Of a DNA stretch of 64,000 bases, positions 11,420 to 22,719 are shown in pieces. Numbering within the stretch: the stretch's first letter is position 1; each line of letters begins with the position of its first letter. The notes below the pieces were generated by a model. It ran no database searches, was not told the origin of the DNA, and was given only the letters and a program-made list of their open reading frames with translations. Location: positions 6,138,001 to 6,202,000 of the forward strand of contig OZ210885.1 of NCBI GenBank assembly GCA_964658305.1, written 5' to 3'. The position numbers and the translations under genes were made by a program. This stretch comes from Leptogorgia sarmentosa. Its lineage: Eukaryota.

Positions 11420-13624
11420 GTGAAACATTATCAAAACCGTGCATTATCAAACCAAGTTTTCACAAACACTGGTGTCCACAAAGAATATACGAAAGGAGAT
11501 GAGCAGCATAAACAAAATATGCAGTACATGGCAAATGAAGTTGCAAAATGTTTAAAAACTGCGCAGAATAACGGAAAGCCAATAATTACTCAGCGTGGTA
11601 TAGGTCAAAAGGATAATTTTGTATTTAACGACGAAGATCAACTTTCAACTTTTCTCAGTCGCAGCGAGATGCTGAAGAACGAAAATAACGATTGCTACTT
11701 TCCACAATCTAATGAACTTTGGCTGGAAGTAGCATTTACATGGGATTTGAACGTTGATTTTGTTGGATGTTATCGGGAAGACTATCAAATAATTGAGAAC
11801 ATGTTTGATGAAGAAGGAGATCAAACTTGCCTGTCAAATAAATACTGCACAACGATACTAAGTCCAGAAATTTCTAAACATGACAAGATGTACCTATTTG
11901 CCCAACCGATTTCAGACTATGTGAGGTGGTTAAAGACTGGTGGAGAACTGCATTACTTTCTTTTTGAAAAAATTACAAAAATAGATACGGATGTCATTGA
12001 CGCAACGCCAGCAGCTTTTCTTCCATCTAGAATTTTGGATATTATTTTTAAACTTTTTAGACATGACGTGGACAGCACAATGCCCAGCATAGCACTATTC
12101 AGTTGGTGTCCAGAAGATGAAGTCAAAAAATACTTTTTTAATTTCTCCGAAAAGCTAGACAAATCTTTTGAAAATGATAAAGAGCGAGAATATTGGAGAC
12201 AGCACGAATCGTACAGGACATACGACAAAGCGGAATTAAAACGTCAGTGCAAAGACTACAACATTTCGCCCGAAGGAAAGAAACACGAAATTGTTAAACG
12301 TCTTGTCAAAACGCGAAAGATTGAATTACCTCCATGACTAGAGAAGTATAATGGGGATATTGAATCTCTTCCAACTTCTATCACAGAGTTATCTCAAATA
12401 TCTATATTCAAGTTGCGTGAAGCGTGAATTTCTCCGCTATTATAACATGATTGACTGTGGCACCAAAGACAAACTGGCTATAAGAGTTGGCATGGTAATA
12501 TCTGGAACCACTCGTCTTGCCATCAAAAGGGAATTTTTTTGCAATTAAAAATTTGATAACAGCAACTAAGTTACTTCTACAGCGGCAGAAGAGTATCTAC
12601 TTATTAGATCCTAAATTTATTTCTAAACAAAGAAAGTTCCCGACATCTTCAAGTCCAGCAATAAGCAAAACAAGGCCAAGGGATAGTGCATCAGTTTTCA
12701 CTAAGAAAACTAAAGCAATTATTCCTGTGATGACCAATATAAATATTGATAATCTTGAAGATATTTTAAAGCCTATAGATGAAGAGGCAGAATTGTATTC
12801 AACTGATAATTCTGAGGATTTCCAAAATCCAGCTAAATTAAAGAAAAGGAAATTAGACACCATAACATCTGTTGGTGCCAACATCCTTGCGCTGTGGAGT
12901 AAGAAAGCGATTGGCGACACAGGTTGGAAAGCAGGTGAGGATCGACCTAAACTTCAGCTTACATATAGAGAAAGTGTTGAAACGTGATGAAGATTTTCGA
13001 AATTGTCCTTGAGACACGCCTAATTAGCTATTTGAGATAATTCGGAACGCATTCATCAAACTTTTTCACTTCCCATGATTAAATCGAATTTTTCTCTTGA
13101 CAGGGTGGTACAGAGCAACGGTTAGAGAATACGACAAAGAAAAAAAGACGTAGCAAAGTTGGAGTTCAATGTTGAGGAAGGCTCCTACTATGACTATGTT
13201 GTTCGTGACGAGGTCAAAGCCAAAAGATTGAAGCTTGCAAAAGACACCTTGAAAATGGTGGATGAGCATGAGCATTTCTTCCAAATTGGAGCTTTGGTAG
13301 AGGTGAAATGGTCAGACGATGCTGTAGCTGATCTATTACCTGGTATATTAAATGAATATTCAGACAAACAATACACCACCATTCCATGTTTCACAATTGC
13401 CACAAATCCAATTGTTCTTATTGCCGAAGCGACAGTATGAAAACAAAAATACCAAATGATATTTTCTATCCTTAGGGTGGCACGATACCAAAGTTCAATC
13501 TTTTGACAGAGACGAGGATGAGATAGAAATTGTACATCCAAGCAATCATGAATGGACATATTCAATTCCGGTATTGCCAAGACTAATATCAGGCCGGTTG
13601 CATATGAAGCAGAATCTTTTTTAA
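11420..13624 (+). pseudogene. Transposon-like protein C-terminus with two SAP motifs and two Tudor-like domains, spliced and disrupted
   Basis: SAP1 DKAELKRQCKDYNISPEGKKHEIVKRLV; SAP2 SIFKLR/EFLRYYNMIDCGTKDKLAIRV; Tudor-like VGANILALW...GWKAG|WYRATVREYD and IGALVEVKW...LPG|WHDTKVQSFD; GT-AG introns 12935-13103 and 13343-13475; stop at 13622-13624. Confidence 0.6.
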
Positions 13625-13701
13625 AATTATATCAAACAGGGACAAACATAGCTACAATTTAACTTTTCTGCTGCTGGTGGACTTTCGTACATCAAGATAT
13701 T

Positions 13702-14112
13702 TTAATGAACTATATATAACTTTGCAGGTTTTCGATGAGTCTCGCATATTGGCTGCTCCAAATTAGTGCTTCTCCACGCTGCGATGGCCTTTTGAATTAA
13801 AAAACCTTCCTCCTCTGTACAAATGAAACCCCAGCTGGGGTTTTGGCCACAAAACCAAAAGGATCCATTTTTCAAAGTAGAACTTGATGCTAGTTTTCTA
13901 TGTAGGCACTCCATCTCGAAACTGAATAATAGCCAGCTTTTATATGTTTTCATTGGCTCATTAGTATTCCATCATTCTCCTTGTTTGATATAAACATTTG
14001 ATAGCTTACCTTGTAATAATTTTGCTGCCAAAAGATTTGCCTCTAAATCTCCAACACACTAACGCTATACACTGTTACAATAACAATGCTAATTTTACGA
14101 TACATCATTAAC
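13702..14112 (-). mobile_element. Polinton-associated Cys/His (GRF-like) zinc-finger gene region
   Basis: MECLHRK...GSFWFCGQNPS...CETHRKPAKL; the upstream ~110 bp is shared with 32020-32161, next to a clear GRF finger and a Polinton end. Confidence 0.5.
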
Positions 14113-14302
14113 ACCTCTCAGCGGAGTACCTCGTATTAATTACTTTTTCCAATACTAATTACTGAAGATGGTGTATGTATACCATGCTATGAATGGCGCA
14201 CGTCACCGATACCAACCACTCGCTCCTGCATATTAACTTTGTACGTGTACGCACACCTCTAGTACAAATACGCTTCCTCGTCAACATCAGTCACACATCG
14301 AA

Positions 14303-14854
14303 ATGGAGAATATAGGTATTTTACCAGAACCAGAAGACGAGATGTACACAACCATCATTCCTCTCTTTGGAATTTTAACGGAAAATAAAGACGAGAAAGG
14401 GCAGTGCTACTTCTGCTATGAAGACATCGAAAAAAACGAAATGTTGGCCATGACCATGGACTGCTGCCGTCAAAGAGCCCATCCTGAGTGTTTTCGACGT
14501 TGGGCAGCAAGAAGCACAACGCCCGGAACCGTGAGATGCGGCCACTGTCGAACGGCGTTTCCACATAAAGAACTATGCTGGTTGTGTTTGAAAACGAAAA
14601 ACGAAGACGAAGAGCTGCAAGAAACAACTGCAGCGGGACACATGTGCACAAAAAATGCGTAAACATTTTTTGTGCACATTTGTCCCGCATTTAAAAACGA
14701 AGAAGAAGAGCTGCAAGAAACCAACTGCTGCGGGACACATGTGCACAAAAAATGCGTAGACATTGTAAAAGAAACATTCAAACGATTAACTTTCAATTTT
14801 TCCATTGAGTGCGGAGAAATTACACACTGTGGATGCCTCTGGCACTCCATTTAA
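14303..14854 (+). pseudogene. Intronless RING-variant (C4HC3/RING-CH-like) zinc-finger gene with a second partial RING
   Basis: CYFC-x15-CC-x4-HPEC-x3-W-x11-CGHC, then CWLC...NCCGTHVHKKC; disrupted by an internal duplication/inversion. Confidence 0.7.
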
Positions 14855-14885
14855 CTGTAAATATTTTTTAAAAATGTTAATAATA

Positions 14886-15010
14886 CACCGATACTAATTA
14901 CTTGCTCCTGTATATTAATTTCTTCTGGAGCGCACACTAATTACTTTTTTCGCTATATTCCTATTGCATATTAATTTTCCACCATATTCCTAATGCATAT
15001 TAATTTTCCT
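14886..15010. repeat. Polinton subterminal (TIR) repeat fragment
   Basis: ccatattcctaatgcatattaattttcc units, the same as those at 32700-32800 that lead to an ACTACT end. Confidence 0.65.
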
Positions 15011-15169
15011 TCTTGGGCCACGTTCTAGCTTGTTAAACTCGAACTATTTGAGGTGTGGCCCCTTTTATAGACTCGAGGAGACACGACTGCCCACGCTATT
15101 GCTCCCAGGCCCCCTAAACCTGTTTTAACCCCTCTCCCCTTCCAGTGCAGATTTTTGAATTCTTCCAGA

Positions 15170-15700
15170 CTAATGAGAATACTCCAACATTCTCATTACC
15201 CTTTGTCCGAAATCAGCCGCACACAGATAGATAGAGTTATGGGTGTGAAATCCACGAATACAACTAATGTGTCCTTTAACAGCGCACAGAGGCAGGAGGC
15301 GGTCCATCCGTGGATATGGAGATGGTCGCATGGGAGCACGCTGCATCGGCATGGGCAAAGGTAATGGGTGAGATGGCTTGTACAACTTTACCATCATCCT
15401 CGTTACCTCCTTTTCGACTTCATCGCCCAAGGCTTGGGTGACAAAGTCGCCCAACCTAGGTGTTATGGGCAGCCTTTTACAATTGGACAGAACAGCCGCA
15501 AAACGCTGAACGTCAGCGTGTGAAGAGCGACATGCCACATCCTCCAGGTTCTCCAACTCCCCAATCAAGGCGTAAGGGTCGAAGACCTGGGCCGGGCAAG
15601 CAGCCAGTTGACGTACTAAGATAAGCACCTGGTCCACCGGGGAGACACCAGCGGTGTTTTGGAGTTGGTCCAGTCGAGCTTGCAGCTCAGCAAGGTGGGC
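15170..15700 (-). mobile_element. Possible DIRS/Ngaro gag-like ORF remnant
   Basis: Helical ORF ending in a Pro-rich PSPY segment and a degenerate C...GH...C knuckle; similarity weak. Confidence 0.35.
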
Positions 15701-15849
15701 CTAAACAGATATATGGAGGTTAGGCCACAGCCCACGTTACTGGGTGAGCCAGATCATACCCTGGCACACAAAATGGCCACCCCACAAAACCATAAAATCG
15801 TTGAATAGGCGCTCAGCCTATTTTCACCATTAAGCAAGCTACCTCAGTG

Positions 15850-18104
15850 ATCCAAAAAACGAAAACAGGCCGGCAGCCATTGATATTGAGTTCACCGGTA
15901 ATGCATTCAATTTACCACCAGATGATGCAGAGGTTTTGACCCCATTACAGTATTTCAAAATGTTTTGGGATGACGAACTGACTTCCTTACCTGCTGAACA
16001 AACAAATTTATACAGTGTACAAAAGTTGGGTACAAGCATTGGCACAACCAGCAATGAAATTGAACAGTTTCTAGGTATGCAAGTGTTAATATTTGTTGTC
16101 AAGCTTCCATCATATAAAATGTATTGGGCTGCTGAAACTAGATATCCACCCATAGCAGATGTCATGCCAATCAACCGGTACAAGAAGTTGAGACAGTTTT
16201 TACATGTTAGTGACAACACTTTGGCTGATGTTGGTGAAAATAAAGGCAATCGACTATACAAGGTTCAACCCGTGCTTGAACATGTTAGAAACAACTGCCT
16301 GAAGATCCAACCAGAAGTTGAGAACTCTATAGATGAGCAAATTATACCAGCTAAAACAAGATACAGCAGTATTTGACAGTATACCCCAAGAAAACCTGTC
16401 AAATGGGGTTTCAAGATTTTGTTCGTGCAGGAAAGTCTGGCATGATGTATGATTTTTTTCTCTACACGGGTGCAAGTACAGCTACTCAGAAATGCACAGG
16501 CGAATATGTTGTTCTCTGTCTTTGTGAAACCCTGCCAAGAAATCAAAATTACAAACTGTTTTTTGATAATTGGTTTTCATCATTGGCACTCTGCATCAAG
16601 TTCAAAGAGACTGGCATATTGGCAACAGGTACGTACATTGAGAACAGACCGTTTAAAGAAATGTCCGTTACTAAGTGATAATGTTCTCATGAAGGAGGGA
16701 AGAGGCACCAGCACCTACCAATGTGACACCAATTCTGGTCTCACAGTCTTGAAATGGTATGACAACAAATGTGTCCACCTCTTGCATTATTATTCCAACC
16801 CTTGTGCAATTTCTGTACAAAGGTGGGATAAAGTCCAGAGAAAACATGTAAAGATAGATTGTCCAAACACAGTCAAAGAGTACAATGAATCAATGGGTGG
16901 CGTTGACCTGGCAGACATGTTGATTTCTTTATACCGCACCAGCATCAAAAGTAGGCGATGGTACCTGAAAGTCCTGTTTCATTGCATGGATATTGCAAAG
17001 GTCAACGCTTGGCTTTTGTACCGTCGACATCAAGATCAACTGAATGTGCCTGTTACGAGCGTGGTCCGTAAAATTAATATTTCCTGCGTTTTGGCTCAAT
17101 TTCTCTCGCAACAAAATATCAGTGTGAGACAGTTACGTTTATATAACTATATTTATTTCTTTAACCTAACAATTATTATGTGACCTTTATAAGTATAGCG
17201 TCTTCGGAATATAATATCAAATTACTTATATTAAACTATAAGTTCAACCTATCTCTCCTTTGTCTGAGCACAACTCTTTTGCCTCTTTACGTAGCTGTAA
17301 CTTTGTCTCTTTTATCTTCGAAACTTCTACCGTATAATTTGTATAAAAAGCCGTTAAAGCCTTCTATGTATTTGACCAACAAGACTCAAAGGTTTTGTAT
17401 AACTTGACGTTTTTTAAAGCAAGGCTCAGGGGCCTTCTTCTCCTTCTTCTCTTCTCTCTCTCTCTCTCTACATATATCCCCTTAAAGAGTTGTGCTCCTG
17501 CTTATATATACCTTGGAGAGGAACAGTTTGTTCATGCATTATCATTCCCTTTGGGAGGAATTTGCATTTCTTGCGGTAACCTCTCCCATGTATTACGCAC
17601 TTGCGGTAATCTAGATTTGCTTGCTCACGCATGACTCAACTAAAAGGCATCCCATGCGTGAAACAATTTTCTAAGGGTAAATAGTAAATAAGTATTTTAT
17701 GGTATATAGTGATATATAATATAATATGGATTAAACTATAAACTATGCATGATAATAGCTATCATGTAACAGTGCCAAAGAAGCAGCTACTCACTTTGTT
17801 GAAGTTCATTACCACTATTGCACAGAGTCTTGTGAATGCTGGAAAGGTCCCAAACTCTGTTGGCAGACCTCGCAAGAGAAAAACATCTGGGACCCCATCG
17901 CCTGTTCCAATAAAACAGCCAGCCCCAGTGCCATGTAATGATGCCAGGTATGACAATATTGGTCATTGGCCTGAATATAAACCAAAGAAAAACAAATGTA
18001 GGCTATGTAAGTTCAGTTTCAGCAGAGTTTACTGCAAGAAATGCAATCTATGTTTGTGCTTGAACAATACCAGGAACTGTTTTTTGGACTTTCATGTGAA
18101 GTAA
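15850..18104 (+). mobile_element. piggyBac transposase (PGBD3-like), frameshifted and interrupted by a solo LTR
   Basis: TPLQYFKMF, SIDEQIIP, KPVKWGFK, FFDNWFSS, MGGVDLADML, RRWYLKVLFH; C-terminal cysteine-rich CRLC...CKKCNLCLC...CFLDFH. Confidence 0.93.
17051..17771. mobile_element. Solo LTR
   Basis: Termini TGTTAC...GTAACA; 5-bp TSD GTGCC at 17046-17050 and 17772-17776; removing it restores the piggyBac frame QLNVPKKQLL. Confidence 0.9.
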
Positions 18105-18632
18105 CTGTTCAACATTTTTGTTGAAGCAATAGGTGTACATAATCTAGTTCTTTATTGTTAATGTATTTAATATAGTTTATTGAAAACATTGTAATATTCT
18201 TGGGTATTATTCTAACTATATTATATGGTTCCCTATCTTTACCATTTTTGGTCAAAGTTGGATTATGAATTTTATGATGCCACATTTAGGTATTTTGGTT
18301 ACATAGTTTTGTTAAATTTTTCCATGTAAATATGTTTTTAAGTCCAGTAATCTTATTCATTTTATTTGTTACTTAGTAATGTATCATTCGTACAAGAAAA
18401 AAGTACATTGTTGTTATGTTCCGTTATTTTACATTATTTTACCCTTATTGTTCGTAGTTGCCATATGGCAACCTCAAATAAGTAGAGTTTCTGACCTGGG
18501 CTGGAAATAAATTTTTTTATCACAACATACAGTTAGTTCAAATTAGCTAAATATGAAGAGAAATATTTTTTTTGATTAATATTTCATTTCCTGAACAATA
18601 TCCTCTATCTTTTAACATGCGCCAACCCCAAC

Positions 18633-18677
18633 TCCCTGCTGATGAGTCCACAGAGGACGAAACGCCGCGTCCAGGGA
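18633..18677 (+). ncRNA. Type I minimal hammerhead ribozyme (Penelope-like pLTR type)
   Basis: Stem I TCCCTG/CAGGGA; core CTGATGA; stem II GTCC-acaga-GGAC; GAAA; near-palindromic stem III ACGCCGCGT; cleavage triplet GTC at 18669-18671. Confidence 0.85.
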
Positions 18678-19199
18678 CACTGAATCACACACATACTCTT
18701 CCTTCTCTACCTTTTTATCGAAACTACATGTATCCTACAAGTTTTTTATTTCAATGTGATCATTTCCGAATTGGACTTGATCCCTTTTTACGCACCACAC
18801 ATCTTAACTCTATGTATATGTTTATACCTTGGCATCCACACATTTTATAAGTATACATATATACAACCATTTTAGTCATTTTTACATAATGCGTCCATCA
18901 TATCTACCCTAAAAACGTGCAGTTTAAGTGACAGGCCAAACAGAAACATGTCTTACCGCATGCAATAATCCCCTTTATCTGTAACCTACACAATACTGCT
19001 ACCACATGAAATATATGGCAACAATGTGGTTCCTATTACCTATATCAAAAATATAAAATCAATGAAGGCGAAACGAGACATGGCTGTTCAGTTGGCTAAG
19101 GAGAAAGCAAGTCTGACCAGTGTAGTCTGAACAAAACAACAACAAGTCTGTCGACTAATATTGAAAGTAAATTTTATTTATACCACTGTGTTTACACAC

Positions 19200-19907
19200 A
19201 TGCAACAACCAGTTGTGCACGTAGAGGCCAAGCTGAGATGCACCTTACCTACTCAAGCGCGTATGCCCTCCTTCGCGGCAGCGACAACGACGGCAGAAAC
19301 TGAGAGCGACAGCCCCGAGAGCGACGTCAGCGAAACTGACAGTGCTCCCCCTGCAGCTGCACCAATGGAGACGAGTCAGACTGACAAGCCCGCCGAGGAG
19401 AGAAAAAAGCTCGGCTTCCAAGTGCAACACGAGCCTGTAAAAAGCGTTACTCTCATTCAGGCTTTGGCAAAGGCGAGGACGGATCGGGCGCCTCGATTCA
19501 AGGAATTAGATCTCTTTTGGGTCCAGATGGATGCGTGGGACGTGCTCGATCCTAGCATCGTCGAAGCTCTGAAAACTGTTCGCCTGGAGTGGATCGCCAA
19601 ATGCACCGCAGATCCGTTATACAGCAACGACCCGAATTTCTTGAAGCTCCTGGTCCGCGTCCATAATACTTGCAACGGCGTCACGAACTGCGTGTAGCAC
19701 ATCTTGAGCACCATGCTGAAGCTGTTCGTGGAGGATCGCAGAGACGATGCAACGGCGACCGCCCTTGATCATATAACCGACCGCATTGAAGAGTTGCAAG
19801 GCGAGGAATATACCGCTGCACTCAAAGCGTGCAAGTGCGAATTGTGCAACAACGTTCTCCAGTTTGATGAAACATACACAAGGTATTATACAAGTTTCAT
19901 CAAATGA
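19200..19907 (+). pseudogene. Orphan intronless ORF (~235 codons) with one in-frame stop
   Basis: ORFs 19161-19697 and 19704-19907 share a frame, separated by TAG; GC-richer than the flanks; acidic/Pro N-part, helical C-part with CKCELC. Confidence 0.5.
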
Positions 19908-20073
19908 ATGCATGCATGGACGCACTTTACGTACACTCAATTACACGGCCCATCTGACCAATGTTTTCGTTCGGTGAGGCACTTGAAACTGATTCTTCAA
20001 GCCAGTATTCATTCCGGGTCAGACCGCTGTGCATATGTGATGATGGAAAGCGCCCCCATGCCAGTCGCTAGTA

Positions 20074-20390
20074 ATAGTATAGCTATTCCAGTTAGACAAA
20101 ATTTTCGAAAAGTTCGAAATAGTATACAATTTCACGACAACAACAGCGTTAAAGGCCTTCGTTTTATACTGAAAATAACATGTTTAATTGAAGGCACATT
20201 CAAAGTACGAAATTTGCGAACTTCACACAGCCTGGGTATATTTTTCGCATTTTACAAAATTTCCCAACCAAACTTCGCCAACTTACTAATCAGTTTGGGA
20301 TGCTCTTTAATGCTGTTGTTAGCTATGAATTCTTCTACCATTTCGAAATTTTTGAAAAATTTCTCTATTATGCATGCAGTCGGTCCATTG
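20074..20390. mobile_element. Degenerate MITE with long imperfect inverted arms
   Basis: aaaattttcgaaaagttcgaaat...aacaacagcgttaaag is mirrored by ctttaatgctgttgtt...atttcgaaatttttgaaaaattt. Confidence 0.45.
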
Positions 20391-21226
20391 ATCGAAGAAT
20401 TTCCTAGAATTTCCGGCGGGACTAAATCCTATATAGATTAAGGATACATAGACATGCAACTCGGCGTAAATTTATGTCAAACAAACGACGATTTTACGAA
20501 AACTTTTCGCAAAAAAAAACAACAAAAAAAACAAGTTGCCCTTTAATATATTTCAAGCAACATTTATATTGAAATTCGATCAAACATGTACTCGCCAGAA
20601 ACGTGTGTTGACATCACGTATAAACGCGCGTCCATGCATCCTTAACTCTAGGAGTAAATCGTCGGGCATTGCATGCATGCATGCTCACTTCCGTATATAC
20701 GGACGGAGTCACGCTGGGTAAAAGCGTTTGAAAATGGCTACCTACGCTCAGTGAAATGCGTTGAACTTACTATTTTCAATGGCTCAACTGACCAAATATT
20801 AAACGATGTTCAACAAACAACACAGTCATTTCAAAGCGTTTCTCTACTAGCCTGACTACACCGTTGCTACGCATCTCGGGCAGCCTATGAATCCACAATT
20901 CGATTATATATTGATCGCATGCATGCATGCATGATTGCATGATTTATCGTTTTGCACGAAACAGTTTCTCCAACCGATAATCCGATTCATTTGAGCCACC
21001 CAAAAATTGCGGATTCCAAGGCTGAACTGAGTTGTCAGTATAGTGAGTGGTGCATGATCATGATCTAGCTAGCTACATATTTCATTAACGATCATTGATT
21101 TTCTGTGCGTCTGAAGAGAATAACCCGCAGCCGGCTATTGGTGTTCGATTTAACATAATTATACCGTATTTATATACCGATTTCTTGCTGATTTTCAAAC
21201 CAAATCTTTTTTAAATCAAAAACCAA

Positions 21227-22697
21227 TTGTTGTCACGTGACCAAATTTGCATTTTTTCGGACAACTTCGCACTTCGCTATACAAATTATATACAGGTGCG
21301 CGATATAGACAAGCGAAAATATCGCAAAATAAAGGCGATTTGGAAAGGTTTTTTGTATTTGTGGGTATAATTTATCTCCTGCAAGTGGAATATACCGAAG
21401 GGAAAAATGTCTGGTTGTATGAATAAGGAAAATAAGCGTGTTTCGGAGATGACTGTTGCCGAACTAAAGGAGTATTTGAAAGTGCGTGGCATTACTGCAA
21501 ACAGCTATTTAAAGCCTGCTTTACTTCAGATCGCTCAAGCAGTGGAGAAGATGATGTTGCCGATTGACCCGAATCATGAATATGGTAATTCGGAGCTCAA
21601 GAACGCAAAAGACACGTTTATTATTCATGATATGGTAATACGTCAGCCATTGTCATATCCAGTCGTGGACGACTTCATAGATTCGCCTCCCTTTGGTTTA
21701 TATGATATTTTTAACTATTTAATATACAGCTCAGCTGAGTATGATAAACAGGGACTTGCTTCATATAAATCATTCGAAGATTGTTTGACGAAGGCTATGT
21801 CGAGTCACTGGGAACTGCAACACTAAAGGAAGAGGGTATGCATCTGTTTGTTGGAAAGGTACGACCGGCTACGAAGAAAAAAAATTACTGACTCGAGGGA
21901 CGATGGGAAAAAAATGTATGATGTCTGGTTTATGTTGGAAGGAAAAGGCAACAATTGAGGTAGCGTATTAATGGCTAGATGTACATGTAAAGGAGGGCAA
22001 GATGGAGGCTGCAAGCACATCGCAGCATGTTTGTATTCGCTGGAGGATGCATTGCATAATCGCGAGAGTGTTACATTGGGTCCATGCCAGTGGGTTAAAC
22101 GAGCGACATCAGAGACCAAACCATGCAAAATTAAATTTTTGCAAATACGGAGATCTGACAAAAGACCGAGTGAAGTAAAACGAAAGTACGAACAGGAATG
22201 GTATCAGGATATTCTGCTGTTGGTCCATTTTCGCCAATAAAATGAAAACCGCATATATAGCTGTCTTTCCGACAGACGAATTTGTCGCCTCGACAACATG
22301 CATTTATCCAAACTTGTCTCCTTTCCTTCGATTTCTTCCCATTTGGGAAACTGTAGAAAGATACTGAAGTCCCATTGTTCTTTTTTAAGCGTGCTGGGTA
22401 CCTCAAATCGCTTTTGCATGTTCCCCAAGCACATCTCTTCACCATAATTTGTGAATCAGTTTTATTTATATTTTATAATAATCAGTATAATCGAGGCCCT
22501 CGAGTGAAATATATCCTTATATTTTTCTATCCATACACTTGCAGGTGATAAATTATACCCACAAATACAAAAAACCTTCCCAAATCGCCTTTATTTTGCG
22601 ATATTTTCGCTTGTCTATATCGCTCACCTGTATATAATTTGTATAGCGAAGTGCGAAAGTTGTCCGAAAAAATGCAAATTTGGTCACGTGACAACAA
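21227..22697. mobile_element. Internally deleted ISL2EU/Harbinger-like DNA transposon with ~160-bp inverted ends
   Basis: Inverted repeats 21227-21387 and 22537-22697. Plus ORF has SAP (MTVAELKEYLKVRG) and SWIM (CTCKGGQDGGCKH) motifs; convergent minus ORF has a THAP domain (CAWGTC...FP...W...CGFHF). Confidence 0.8.
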
Positions 22698-22719
22698 CAT
22701 ATTTTCCATCGCAGTAAAG

